From positions 17,352 to 81,351 of the forward strand of contig JANSYF010000002.1 in assembly GCA_024742575.1 (NCBI GenBank): 64,000 nucleotides of DNA, written 5' to 3'. Numbering within the stretch: the first letter of the stretch is position 1; each line of letters begins with the position of its first letter. Both the position numbers and the translations under genes were made by a program. This stretch comes from Paracoccaceae bacterium. Lineage in GTDB: Bacteria; Pseudomonadota; Alphaproteobacteria; Rhodobacterales; Rhodobacteraceae. Below, piece by piece: positions 10,398 to 20,343 of the stretch. The notes beneath the pieces are model-generated. The model saw nothing but the letters and a program-made list of their open reading frames with translations, had not been told where the DNA came from and made no database searches.

Positions 10398-10472
10398 TCC
10401 GGCGTAGCTCAGCGGTAGAGCAGTTGACTGTTAATCAATTGGTCGTAGGTTCGATCCCTACCGCCGGAGCCA
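10398..10472 (+). tRNA. tRNA-Asn(GTT)
   Basis: TCCGGCG acceptor stem, anticodon arm GTTGA-CTGTTAA-TCAAT, TTCGA T-loop, encoded CCA. Confidence 0.97.
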
Positions 10473-10671
10473 AAACTTCCAAGAAAGCAGTAGCTTAGAT
10501 TATCTCGCATTATGCGGGCTTGGATGATTTTGGCGCTTTGATCAGCGCTAGCTTTATGACGGTGCAGTCATACGCGCCCATTTGCTACCCATGACTGTCA
10601 CGTGTTCAAATCATCCTGCGCCCGCATCGAGATGTCTTGCGTAGACCTTTCAGGCTAGCGTCGTTGATAGG

Positions 10672-10698
10672 TGTCGCAGGTTTGTGCGGGAATGTCGC
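10672..10698 (+). promoter_or_regulatory. TGTCGC direct repeat at 21-bp spacing; candidate GlxA/GbdR/ArgR-type AraC activator site
   Basis: TGTCGC at 10672 and 10693, about 90 bp upstream of the flavoprotein ATG. Confidence 0.45.
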
Positions 10699-10787
10699 CC
10701 GTAACAATCAAAAGTTGCTGCACTGCTCTCAAACTGGACAAATCGGTCCACTTCCCGCAACGCTGTCCAAAACCATGCGGAGCTTCC

Positions 10788-12833
10788 ATGTCCAACGATC
10801 CCCTTTTGCAACCCTATCAACTTAAGCACTTGACGCTGCGCAACCGCATAATGACCACCAGCCACGAACCAGCCTACCCAGAAGACGGCATGCCAAAAGC
10901 ACGCTATGCCGCCTATCACGCTGAACGAGCTAAGGCCGGTGTGGCGCTTGCGATGACGGCGGGGTCCGCGGCTGTGTCAAAAGACAGCCCGCCTGTGTTT
11001 AATAACATCCTTGCTTACAAAGACGAAGTGGTGCCGTGGATCAAACACCTGACCGACGCCTGCCACGACCATGGCTGCGCGGTGATGATCCAGCTCACGC
11101 ATTTGGGGCGCCGTACGACTTGGAACAAGGGTGACTGGCTGCCGTCCGTATCGTCATCGAAACACCGAGAACCTGCGCATCGGGCCTTCCCCAAGCTGGC
11201 CGAAGATTGGGACATTGAGCGCATCATCACCGATTTCGCAGATGCCACCGAGCGGATGAAAGAAGGCGGTATGGATGGGATCGAATTGCAGGTCTACGGC
11301 CACCTGCTTGACCAGTTCTGGTCGCCCCTGACCAACGATCTGGACGGGCCTTATGGGGGCCAGACGCTAGACAGTCGGATGAAGCTGCTGCTGGACGTGT
11401 TGACCGGCATCCGCAAACGGGTGGGCGACGACTTCATCGTAGGCCTGCGTTACACTGCGGACGAGGCCGAGGCGGGTGGCATCAGCCCTGACGAGGGGAT
11501 CGAGATTTCCAAACGGCTGGCGGCGACAGGAATGGTGGATTTCCTGAACGTGATCCGGGGCCGCATCCACACCGATCCGGCGATGACCGATGTGATCCCG
11601 GTGCAGGGCATGAAGAACGCCCCGCATTTGGATTTTGCAGGCGCTGTGCGGGCTGCAACAGGAATGCCCACCTTTCACGCCGCCAAAATCCCCGATGTGG
11701 CAACCGCGCGCCATGCGGTTCAGGCTGGGCTATTGGACATGGTGGGCATGACCCGCGCGCATATGGCAGATCCACATATCGTCAAAAAGATCATGGAGGG
11801 GCGCGAAGACGACATCCGCCCCTGCGTCGGCGCGACCTACTGCCTTGATCGCATCTATGCGGCCGGTGAGGCCCTGTGCATTCACAATCCTGCCACTGGC
11901 CGCGAACTGACCATGCCACACGAGATCGCGCCTGCCGAAACTCGTAAAAAAGTGGTGATCGTTGGTGCTGGTCCGGCAGGGTTGGAAGCGGCGCGGGTGG
12001 CTGCCGAACGAGGCCACAACGTGACTGTGTTTGAGGCACAGCCCGATCCCGGCGGTCAGGTGCGACTAACCGCGCGAAACCCGCGCCGCCGAGAGATGAT
12101 CAGCATCATAGACTGGCGTATGGCACAATGCGCTGCCCGCGACGTGGAATTCCGTTTTAATTCCTGGGCAGAAACTGAGGATGTGACCGCCCTCAAACCC
12201 GACGTTGTCATCATCGCCACTGGCGGCCTGCCGAATCTGGAACTCTTCGAAACCGGCAGCGAGAATGACCTCGTCACCTCGTCTTGGGACCTGATATCAG
12301 GCGATGTGAAGCCGGGTCAGTCAGTGCTGATCTATGATGAAAGCGGCGATCACCCTGCCCTCATGGCCGCCGAAGTTGCCGCAAGCGCGGGCAGCAGCGT
12401 TGAAGTCATGACCCCGGATCGCACCTTTGCGCCCGACGTTATGGCGATGAACCTCGTCCCCTACATGCGCGCGCTCCAAGACAAGGATGTCACCTTCACA
12501 GTAACCCAACGGCTGAAGGACGTGCAGCGCGAAGGCAATCGTCTGAAGGCAGTGATCGGCACGGATTACAGCGATCACACCAGCGAAAAGACCTATGATC
12601 AGGTGGTTGTGAATTACGGCACCATGCCGCTTGACGATTTGTATTTCGACCTCAAACCGCTGTCTTCGAACGGTGGCGCAGTGGATTACAACGCGCTGAT
12701 CGAAAGCCAGCCACAGGTCGTAACGCGCAACGAAACAGGCACGTTCCAGTTGTTCCGCATCGGTGACGCGGTCAGTGCGCGGAACACGCACGCTGCAATT
12801 TATGATGCGCTGCGGTTGGTGAAGGACATTTGA
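10788..12833 (+). CDS. NADH:flavin oxidoreductase (OYE TIM barrel + Fe-S + Rossmann), StcD/N-methylproline demethylase-like
   Basis: LTLRNRIMTTSHEP, QLTHLGRR, RPCVGATYC..LCIHNP Cys motif, GAGPAG, RIGDAVSARN; substrate is inferred. Confidence 0.8.
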   Translation: MSNDPLLQPYQLKHLTLRNRIMTTSHEPAYPEDGMPKARYAAYHAERAKAGVALAMTAGSAAVSKDSPPVFNNILAYKDEVVPWIKHLTDACHDHGCAVMIQLTHLGRRTTWNKGDWLPSVSSSKHREPAHRAFPKLAEDWDIERIITDFADATERMKEGGMDGIELQVYGHLLDQFWSPLTNDLDGPYGGQTLDSRMKLLLDVLTGIRKRVGDDFIVGLRYTADEAEAGGISPDEGIEISKRLAATGMVDFLNVIRGRIHTDPAMTDVIPVQGMKNAPHLDFAGAVRAATGMPTFHAAKIPDVATARHAVQAGLLDMVGMTRAHMADPHIVKKIMEGREDDIRPCVGATYCLDRIYAAGEALCIHNPATGRELTMPHEIAPAETRKKVVIVGAGPAGLEAARVAAERGHNVTVFEAQPDPGGQVRLTARNPRRREMISIIDWRMAQCAARDVEFRFNSWAETEDVTALKPDVVIIATGGLPNLELFETGSENDLVTSSWDLISGDVKPGQSVLIYDESGDHPALMAAEVAASAGSSVEVMTPDRTFAPDVMAMNLVPYMRALQDKDVTFTVTQRLKDVQREGNRLKAVIGTDYSDHTSEKTYDQVVVNYGTMPLDDLYFDLKPLSSNGGAVDYNALIESQPQVVTRNETGTFQLFRIGDAVSARNTHAAIYDALRLVKDI

Positions 12834-12885
12834 GGCAAATCAGAGGCGCACTGTACCTAAAAACAAGAGACCGACCCAGCCTAGC

Positions 12886-13536
12886 CTATCCTGCCAGCAG
12901 TGTACCAAGCGCCATTGCAACAGCTGCTTGCGTTGGGTCGATCACAGGTATGCCCAGTTCTGCCTCAAGCGCTGCGCGATGCCGCGCCATCCCGGCACAA
13001 CCAAGGATCACAGCACCCGCGCCTTGGGCCTTGAGGGACGTGCCAACCTCAACCAGTCGGACAAAGGTGCCCTGCCCCCGTGCGCTTTCATCGACACTCA
13101 TGTTCAACGCGATCTCGCAGGCCAGCCGATCCAGAACCTGCATCCGTGCCATGTACCGACGGTGGCGCGGAATCGACCCGTCGGCCAGCGCAATGACCCC
13201 GAACCGGTCCGCCCGCGCCATGGCGGACAGCACACCACTTTCCTGTATGCCGAACACCGGTTGCGGTACCACTGACCGACACGTGTCGAGACCTGGATCT
13301 GAATAGCAGGCAATCACGAAAGCCCCCGCATCGGGGCGCGATTGCATGAGTGTGGCCAAAGGCAATATGACACTGTCGGAATCGCGTTGGCTTTCGATGC
13401 CGAACGGGCCTTCCTTCAATGTCAGGCATTCGATGGCTGGACCGCATTGCAGGCTGAACGTGGCCAGCGCCTCGCGCAATCCATCGGTCACAGCCTGATT
13501 GGAGTTGGGATTGATGACCACGATGGGTCCGGTCAC
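12886..13536 (-). CDS. Asp/Glu/hydantoin racemase family protein
   Basis: INPNS, catalytic Cys pair IACYSDPG and ILGCAGM, IPVIDP. Confidence 0.88.
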   Translation of the reverse strand: MTGPIVVINPNSNQAVTDGLREALATFSLQCGPAIECLTLKEGPFGIESQRDSDSVILPLATLMQSRPDAGAFVIACYSDPGLDTCRSVVPQPVFGIQESGVLSAMARADRFGVIALADGSIPRHRRYMARMQVLDRLACEIALNMSVDESARGQGTFVRLVEVGTSLKAQGAGAVILGCAGMARHRAALEAELGIPVIDPTQAAVAMALGTLLAG

Positions 13537-14981
13537 TTCAAGATCTCCGCCCCGAAATTAGTCGATGGATCGGTTTCCGGCAGACGCGTTCCTGTCAGTC
13601 CCGACAGATCGCTACGGCCACGTTTGACAAAGGCACCACTCCCCGGTTTGGCAACAAGTGCGCCCCGATCAACAATCCGCCGCCCCCGTGTGAGCACAGT
13701 CACCGGCCAGCCTGTAACCTCCATGCCTTTGAACGGGTTATAGTCCATTGCATCATGCATCTCGCCCGCGATGCGGGTCTCAGTCGGGTCCCAAATCGCG
13801 ATATCCGCGTCCGCCCCAATCGCCAGAGTGCCTTTGGTTAGGTGCATCCCGTAAAGCCGCGCGGCATTGGTCGACGACAAGGCAACGAATTGGTTCAGAT
13901 TGATCCGCCCTTTCACAACGCCTTCGGAAAACATCAAAGGCAGACGCATCTCGATTCCCGGCATCCCGTTGGCAATCTTTCGGAAATCCACGTCCCGTCC
14001 GTTCGAAAACTTGCCTGTGTCATCATATCGGAAAGGCGCGTGGTCCGATGACACGACGCTGAACGTCCCCCCCGCGATATGCCGCCAAAGCACCTCTTGC
14101 GTGTGACTGTCGCGAAGCGGCGGCGAACAGATATACTTTGCGCCCTCCATGCCCGGGCGATCCAGATCATGTTTTGTCAAGAACAGGTATTGCGGGCAGG
14201 TTTCACCAAAAACATAGGCCCCATCCGCCCGCGCCTGCGCAACAAGTTCAGCACCTTTGGGCGTTGAAACATGCACGATCATCAGCGGCGCATTGGTCAG
14301 CTTGGACAGGCCGATGGCGCGATTGATCGCTTCTTCCTCGGCCAAGCCGGGGCGCGCGGGGGCGTGGTATTTCGGTTCCGTGTAGCCGTTATCCGCAAGC
14401 GCGGTCGCCATCCATGTCAGCATGTCGTGGTTTTCGGCATGCACCATGGTCAGCCCACCGTGCCGCCGTGCAACGGTCAGGATGTCAAGGAACTGCGCAT
14501 CGCTGACGCGGGTGGCATAGGTCATAAAGACCTTGAACGAGGTGATGCCCCGGTCAAAAACCCCCGGCAATTCTTCTAAAACTGACGGGTTCGGGTCGGT
14601 CAGAATCAGATGGTAGGAATAATCGATCACCGATTTGGGTGCGGCGCGTCCGTCATATGTGGCCAACGTGTCGGCCACGCTTTGCCCCGGCTTCTGCGCG
14701 GCAAACGGCACGAAACAGGAATTACCGCCAAACGCGGCCGAGATGGACCCGGATTCGTAGTCATCCGACGTCATCAAACCCATGCCGCTTTCCTGTGCGA
14801 TATGGCAATGCGCCTCGATCCCGCCGGGTAGCACCAACTTGCCTGTGGCGTCGATCACGTCGTCGCCGCTTAGGTCGTGCCCCAGAGTGACGATCTTGCC
14901 GTCCCTAACGCCGATATCGGCGGCAAACGTATCGGACGCAGTGGCAAGCGTGCCACCTTTGATGACCAAATCATGCTTCAT
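13533..14981 (-). CDS. Dihydropyrimidinase/hydantoinase-family cyclic amidohydrolase
   Basis: LPGGIEAHCH, SFKVFMTY (carbamylated Lys), VHAEN, ETCPQY, CSPPLR, SSDHAP. Confidence 0.9.
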   Translation of the reverse strand: MKHDLVIKGGTLATASDTFAADIGVRDGKIVTLGHDLSGDDVIDATGKLVLPGGIEAHCHIAQESGMGLMTSDDYESGSISAAFGGNSCFVPFAAQKPGQSVADTLATYDGRAAPKSVIDYSYHLILTDPNPSVLEELPGVFDRGITSFKVFMTYATRVSDAQFLDILTVARRHGGLTMVHAENHDMLTWMATALADNGYTEPKYHAPARPGLAEEEAINRAIGLSKLTNAPLMIVHVSTPKGAELVAQARADGAYVFGETCPQYLFLTKHDLDRPGMEGAKYICSPPLRDSHTQEVLWRHIAGGTFSVVSSDHAPFRYDDTGKFSNGRDVDFRKIANGMPGIEMRLPLMFSEGVVKGRINLNQFVALSSTNAARLYGMHLTKGTLAIGADADIAIWDPTETRIAGEMHDAMDYNPFKGMEVTGWPVTVLTRGRRIVDRGALVAKPGSGAFVKRGRSDLSGLTGTRLPETDPSTNFGAEILK

Positions 14982-15009
14982 GCGTTTCCCCTTAATCGCG
15001 TCACAGGGT

Positions 15010-15945
15010 TCACCCAAGCGCCGCCAGCTTGCGATCCAGTCGATCCATCAAACGGCTTAACTCAGAATGGTCAGCCTTGGTCATTGACGGTCCCGGCGCG
15101 CGCACCTTGGGTGCCGCCAAAACGCCGCGGCGGTGCAAGATTTCCTTACGTATGGCGAGCCCAATACCAAGCTGCTGTTCATAACGCACCATGGGCAGGT
15201 AGGCATCGAACAGGTCTTCCGCTCCATCGACATCGCCCGCTTTGTGCCGCTCGACAACCTGAACCAACATTTCCGGATAGGCAAAGCCGGTCATTGCCCC
15301 ATCAGCACCGCGTGCCAGTTCCTGCGGCAGAAACAGCGCTGCATTGCCGGTGAGGATCGACAGACGCGGGGTTTCCGCCGTGCCTGTTTCATCGCGCACG
15401 CGGGACAGCTTGTTAAGGCCCGGCCAATCCTCGTGTTTGAGCATGACAATCTGGTCGTGGTCACGCGTAAGTTGCAGAATGGTTTCTACGCTGAACTGAA
15501 CGCCAGTGGTTTGCGGGTAGTCCTGTAAACAGACCGGAACGTCCGGACCCAGTGCTGAACAAACCTGCGCAAAATATCCCTTAAGCTTTACCTCGGTCGC
15601 CAGTCCCGGCATCGGGGCGACCATGACACCAGCTGCACCTGAGTCCATCACGCTGTGTGACAGATGTGCCATATTGTCCAAACCTGCACCCGAAACACCG
15701 ACAACCACAGGCACCCTGCCCGACACACGGTTCAACACATGTTTGGCGAAAGCTGATGATTCCTCGCCCGACAGCTTGGGCGCTTCCCCCATGATCCCAA
15801 GGATGGTCATACCCGTCACACCGCAATCGAGGTAGAAATCCACCATGCGGTCGGTGCTGTCCAAATCCAATGCGCCATCGCTTGCAAAGGGTGTCGCGGC
15901 GATGATGAAAACCCCCTCGGATTGCCTGTGGATTCGGTTCGGCAT
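15010..15945 (-). CDS. DHDPS/NAL-family class I aldolase or dehydratase
   Basis: ATPF, LGIMGEA, RVPVVVGV, Schiff-base Lys in MLKHED; not canonical DapA (lacks GTTGE). Confidence 0.82.
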   Translation of the reverse strand: MPNRIHRQSEGVFIIAATPFASDGALDLDSTDRMVDFYLDCGVTGMTILGIMGEAPKLSGEESSAFAKHVLNRVSGRVPVVVGVSGAGLDNMAHLSHSVMDSGAAGVMVAPMPGLATEVKLKGYFAQVCSALGPDVPVCLQDYPQTTGVQFSVETILQLTRDHDQIVMLKHEDWPGLNKLSRVRDETGTAETPRLSILTGNAALFLPQELARGADGAMTGFAYPEMLVQVVERHKAGDVDGAEDLFDAYLPMVRYEQQLGIGLAIRKEILHRRGVLAAPKVRAPGPSMTKADHSELSRLMDRLDRKLAALG

Positions 15946-16093
15946 AAAGAGTGTCTCCCTGAATTTCAGCCTGGTCAGCCGTTACTGCTGGTCAGCTCAG
16001 TTTTCTGCACAATACTCAACCTGTGAAAACACACCAGCATCCGCCACCACAGTTGCGGCGGCGGATGCCTAAAAATTCAAATGAGCAACAATC

Positions 16094-16780
16094 TTAGGTG
16101 ACAGTGACCGTGATGCTGCCCAATCCGTCGATGCTTAGTTCCATCATGTCGCCCTTTACAACTGGGCCAACACCGGACGGCGTGCCGGACAAAATGACGT
16201 CACCCGGTGCAAGTTCGAAATATTCGGACAGGTAGGAAATCATCTCGGGCACCTTCCAGATCATCTGGTTCAGGTCGCCTTCCTGACGCACATCGCCGTT
16301 GACCTTCAGTTCAACTCTCCCTTGGTCGAGATGCCCCACTTCCTCTACGGTGTGAATGGGTCCACAGGGTGCCGACTGTTCGAACGCCTTACCGATTTCC
16401 CAAGGACGACCGGCTTTCTTAGCGATTCCCTGCAAATCACGGCGCGTCATATCAAGCGCAAGGCCGTAGCCGAAAACATGATCCAGCGCAGACGAAAGGG
16501 GAATGTTTGTTCCACCCGTTTTCAACGCCACAAGCATTTCTGCCTCATGATGAACATCCGAAGTATGCGGCGGATAAGGAAAGGCGTCTGACATACTGAG
16601 ATTGTTGGGGTTTTTCTGGAAGAAGAACGGATCTTCCCGGTCCGGATCGTGACCCATTTCAATGGCATGCGCCGCGTAGTTGCGGCCAATGCAATAAATC
16701 CGGCGAACCGGGAACATCGTATCCTGCCCGGCCACGGGAAGTGCCACGACAGGCGGCGTTTCGATTGCGTATTGGGTCAT
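16094..16780 (-). CDS. Fumarylacetoacetate hydrolase family (fumaryl/acylpyruvate hydrolase-like)
   Basis: RIYCIGRNYAAH, HHEAE, DMTRRDLQ, PWEIGK, GTPSGVG. Confidence 0.88.
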   Translation of the reverse strand: MTQYAIETPPVVALPVAGQDTMFPVRRIYCIGRNYAAHAIEMGHDPDREDPFFFQKNPNNLSMSDAFPYPPHTSDVHHEAEMLVALKTGGTNIPLSSALDHVFGYGLALDMTRRDLQGIAKKAGRPWEIGKAFEQSAPCGPIHTVEEVGHLDQGRVELKVNGDVRQEGDLNQMIWKVPEMISYLSEYFELAPGDVILSGTPSGVGPVVKGDMMELSIDGLGSITVTVT

Positions 16781-16933
16781 GCGGTTCTCCGGATTTTTTT
16801 TAAGGCGTGATGTGGATTAGCTCAGTGCCATGCGTAAATCAATTCTAGACCATCCACCCAATTGCAAGAAAAAACATTGATTGATCGCCCAATTTAGGCT
16901 TAGCCTAGTGGTAATCTCACTCTTTTGGTGAGA

Positions 16934-16947
16934 ATTGGTATACCAAT
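16934..16947. promoter_or_regulatory. Perfect palindrome ATTGGTATACCAAT, probable FadR-family operator
   Basis: 14-bp perfect inverted repeat resembling the TTGGT-N-ACCAA FadR/PdhR/LldR type, in the divergent promoter region just before the FadR gene. Confidence 0.75.
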
Positions 16948-16961
16948 GTGAAGGCCAATTC

Positions 16962-17651
16962 ATGCTTATGAACTCTGTCACGGTGGATGCAGATGACGTG
17001 GTTTCCAAACTGCGTTCGTACATCGCCGAAGGCGGATACAAACCCGGCGATCGGCTCGAATCAGAGCGCGATTTGATTGTCCGCTTGAACGTGACCCGTG
17101 CCCGACTACGCCGAGCACTGGATTCGTTAGAGCATGAAGGGGCGATTTGGCGACATGTGGGCAAAGGCACGTTCATCGCGTCGCCAAATGTCACCTCTGG
17201 TCCAAACAATCTCAAACTACTGAGCCAGCAAGTCACACCCGTACAGCTTATGCGTGCCCGTTTATCATTGGAACCGGCCATCGCCCGCGAAGCTGCTTTG
17301 CATGCGTCCGAAGAGGCCGTTCGGCGCCTAAAACACTCGCGTGATCTTGCGGTTGAGGCACCGAACTGGGACGAATACGAAGCGCAAGACGACAATTTCC
17401 ACCGCGAATTGGCCGAAGCCACAGACAACGTACTGTTGCTGTCATTGTTCGATCACCTGAACGCCGTCCGCCGTGCGGTCGCGTGGAATATGGTGATCCG
17501 CAGCTCCAACCGCCCACCACGCACCCATTCGAGTTTCACCGAACATGACGCCATCGTCGCAGCCATCGAAGCGCGCGACCCAAAGGCAGCGCAAGACGCA
17601 ATGCGCGCGCATCTAGGCTCTGTGTCATCTCGACTGTTTGGGGAGGTGTGA
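16962..17651 (+). CDS. FadR/GntR-family transcriptional regulator (wHTH + FCD)
   Basis: PGDRLESERDL..LRRAL..GKGTF; FCD FHRELAEA..EHDAIVAAIEARD..MRAHL. Confidence 0.9.
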   Translation: MLMNSVTVDADDVVSKLRSYIAEGGYKPGDRLESERDLIVRLNVTRARLRRALDSLEHEGAIWRHVGKGTFIASPNVTSGPNNLKLLSQQVTPVQLMRARLSLEPAIAREAALHASEEAVRRLKHSRDLAVEAPNWDEYEAQDDNFHRELAEATDNVLLLSLFDHLNAVRRAVAWNMVIRSSNRPPRTHSSFTEHDAIVAAIEARDPKAAQDAMRAHLGSVSSRLFGEV

Positions 17652-17733
17652 CGACACAGGAATAACCTGCGGGAGAACAACAAACACAAAGCCCGCAATG
17701 ACAACGATCAACACGATCTCAGGGAGGAGACAC

Positions 17734-18711
17734 ATGTTTCGTTTTATCAAGGCAGCCGCAGTTGCGGCTCTCGTACTGCCCTCTGCCATCGGCCTGAGCG
17801 CTGGTCCGGCACAGGCAGAAAAGATTCGCATCGCGCTTGCGGAAACACCGTCCGATGAACTCGCGGCATTCTTTGTGGCACTGGACCGGGCCAAGGCAAA
17901 CGGCCTTGACTATGAATGGACCGCATTTTCAGACGAAGAACTGGCGATCCAGTCCGTACTGAGCGGTCAGATGGATATTGGTTTCGGCACACCCTACGCG
18001 GCCATGCAGCGCTCAAAGGCGCCGCTAAGGATCATTTTCCAACTGTCCAAGCTAAAGTTCTTTCCGGTAACAACTAAGAAATACGGTTCGCTGGACGAGA
18101 TGGATGGAGAACCAATCCTGCTGCATTCGCGCGGTGGCGGTACAGATTCAATCGCGAACGTTATCGAAGATCGTGTCGGTATCACGTTCGGAGAGCGGTC
18201 ATATGTGCCGGGTTCGTCCAACAGGGTTGCCGCACTTCTGGGTGGTCGAGCTGACGCAACCATCATTGACTTGTCCAACAAAAACAAATTGATGCGTAGC
18301 GATGCTGGTGCAGATTTCAACGTGCTCGAGATGTTCGAAGTTGACGCCAGCGATGAAGCCCTATTTGGCAACCTGACTTGGATCCAAGACAACGAAGAAG
18401 ATGTTTCGATCTTTGTAAACGCATTGGTCAGCGTTTGGCAGGATATGGCCAAAGACCCCTCGATCATCCGTCGTGAAACCAACCCTGATGGCCCAATCGG
18501 CCAACTTCCGGCAGAAATCTTGGCGGAACTTGATGGCTTCTACGCCGATGCTGTCGAAGGCGGCCTTTACGATCCGAATGGTGGCGGTCGCAAAGCAGCC
18601 ATGGCCGATATGGAGTGGTACTCTGCCGCGGGTCAGCTCGAAGGATCGCCGGACGAGTTGAACATCGAAGACTTCTGGTATCTCGCCCCGCTTGATGCCG
18701 CGATGAAGTAA
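17734..18711 (+). CDS. NitT/TauT (NMT1/SsuA-like) ABC substrate-binding protein
   Basis: GGAGGAG SD, Sec signal peptide ending AQA, followed by cognate permeases and ATPase. Confidence 0.8.
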   Translation: MFRFIKAAAVAALVLPSAIGLSAGPAQAEKIRIALAETPSDELAAFFVALDRAKANGLDYEWTAFSDEELAIQSVLSGQMDIGFGTPYAAMQRSKAPLRIIFQLSKLKFFPVTTKKYGSLDEMDGEPILLHSRGGGTDSIANVIEDRVGITFGERSYVPGSSNRVAALLGGRADATIIDLSNKNKLMRSDAGADFNVLEMFEVDASDEALFGNLTWIQDNEEDVSIFVNALVSVWQDMAKDPSIIRRETNPDGPIGQLPAEILAELDGFYADAVEGGLYDPNGGGRKAAMADMEWYSAAGQLEGSPDELNIEDFWYLAPLDAAMK

Positions 18712-18723
18712 GCCTTTGCGCTA

Positions 18724-18757
18724 CCGCTGCGCGAACCAATCGCGCAGCGGATTTTTC
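18724..18757 (+). terminator. Stem-loop plus U-tract after the SBP gene (partial terminator or mRNA stabiliser)
   Basis: CCGCTGCGCGA-accaa-TCGCGCAGCGG then ATTTTTC. Confidence 0.65.
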
Positions 18758-18784
18758 TCATTGCAGTCCGAAAGACTCCGCCAC

Positions 18785-19546
18785 ATGCCAAACCGTGCCT
18801 TGCTTCTAAAACTGCTCTCTGCCGTGATCCTATTTGGCGCGTGGGAGATCGCGGGCCGTGTGCCCGTAAGCTTTGCATTCCCTACTTTCCTTGAATCCAT
18901 GAGCGCACTTTTTGCGATGACGCTGGATGGCACTATCTTCGATGCCTACGCCGAAACGTTGAAACCACTGGCCATCGGCGTCGCGATTTCTGCCGTGTTA
19001 GGTGTTGCCATCGGCCTTTGGGTTGGACTTAGCAGCACGTTTGACTGGTTGTTCTCGCCCATCTTCATCGTGATGCAGGCAGCGCCCTTGGCTGCGTTGA
19101 TTCCTCTTCTTGTTCTGGCCTACGGAATTGGACTGACGTCCAAAGTGTTGGTCGTGTGCATCATGGCCATGCCCGTGATCGTACTAAATACAAGCGGTGC
19201 GGTTCGTAACACACCGGAATCATTTAAGGAAATGGGTCGCTCATTCCTTGCATCGGAAACTTCCATCCTCATGCGGATCGTCATTCCTGCCGCGTCACCA
19301 GTCATCTTTGCTGGCCTGCGGCTTGGCATCTCGGCTGGTTTTATCGGCGCGATCCTGTCCGAGTTGAAAATCACACCTACGGGCGTTGGCGACATCATCA
19401 CCTACAGCCGCTCCATTGCGGATTACCCCAGCATGTACGCCGCCATCTTCTCGATCATCTTACTTGCCGTGCTGTTTCTGAACCTGCTCGAAAAGATCGA
19501 GGTCACCCTCTTCAAAGGAAACCAACGTGACTATGTCTCAAACTAA
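18785..19546 (+). CDS. NitT/TauT ABC permease
   Basis: Multi-TM; EAA-like loop EMGRSFLAS; IFAGLRLG. Confidence 0.85.
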   Translation: MPNRALLLKLLSAVILFGAWEIAGRVPVSFAFPTFLESMSALFAMTLDGTIFDAYAETLKPLAIGVAISAVLGVAIGLWVGLSSTFDWLFSPIFIVMQAAPLAALIPLLVLAYGIGLTSKVLVVCIMAMPVIVLNTSGAVRNTPESFKEMGRSFLASETSILMRIVIPAASPVIFAGLRLGISAGFIGAILSELKITPTGVGDIITYSRSIADYPSMYAAIFSIILLAVLFLNLLEKIEVTLFKGNQRDYVSN

Positions 19547-20333
19547 GGAAACGATCACGCCAGCCGCAGCAGCCGGGTTTGAAAGCGCGGTTTCCGCCCG
19601 CAACATCTCTAAGAATTACGGAGAGGTCGAGGCGCTGCGCGACATGTCGCTGGAATTTCCGCGTGGGCAGCTGACGTCACTGTTGGGGCCATCTGGCTGC
19701 GGAAAAACCACACTGCTCAAGATCATCGCAGGACTATTGGAGCCCACCTCTGGCGAAGTTGAGGTGAACGGCAAAAAGGTCACTGGCCCCGGCCCTGACC
19801 GCGCCTTTGTCTTTCAGGACTTCGCGCTGCTGCCTTGGGCAACGGTTCTACGCAACGTGGCGTTTGGCCTGGAAATGCGCGGGGTTGCCCCCTCGGAACG
19901 CGAAGCACGCGCCGAGAAATACATCAAGGAAGTTGGTCTTGCCGGGTTCGAAAACAGCTATCCGCACGAACTATCCGGCGGGATGCGCCAACGGGTTGGC
20001 CTTGCGCGGGCGCTGGCAGTTGATGCGCAAGTGTTGCTGATGGACGAACCGTTCTCGGCTGTTGACGAGCAGACTCGTCGCAAGTTTCAAGAAGACCTGC
20101 TGCAACTGGTGCAGAACGAAAACAAGACCTTTATCTTTGTGACCCACTCGATCGAAGAAGCGGTCTACGTGTCCGATCAGATCGCAATCCTGTTGCCGCG
20201 CCCCAGCCGCGTGTCTGAAATCATCCGTCCGACAAGTTTCCGGAACAAAGGTGTCGACAACATTCGCCGCGACCCGGAGTACCTTGATATCGTGGATGAA
20301 ATTTGGGCATCACTCAGAACTTACGTGGAATAG
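19533..20333 (+). CDS. NitT/TauT ABC ATP-binding protein
   Basis: GPSGCGKT, LSGGMRQR, LLMDEPF, FVTHSIEEA. Confidence 0.92.
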   Translation: MSQTKETITPAAAAGFESAVSARNISKNYGEVEALRDMSLEFPRGQLTSLLGPSGCGKTTLLKIIAGLLEPTSGEVEVNGKKVTGPGPDRAFVFQDFALLPWATVLRNVAFGLEMRGVAPSEREARAEKYIKEVGLAGFENSYPHELSGGMRQRVGLARALAVDAQVLLMDEPFSAVDEQTRRKFQEDLLQLVQNENKTFIFVTHSIEEAVYVSDQIAILLPRPSRVSEIIRPTSFRNKGVDNIRRDPEYLDIVDEIWASLRTYVE

Positions 20334-20343
20334 AGGGTCGGAT

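Noticed and set aside
16037-16068. GC hairpin between the FAH and DHDPS genes (similar one at 23989-24019 after tctC)
   Set aside because: Ordinary intra-operon stabilising or terminating stem-loops; unrelated to the REP-like family and no riboswitch features seen.
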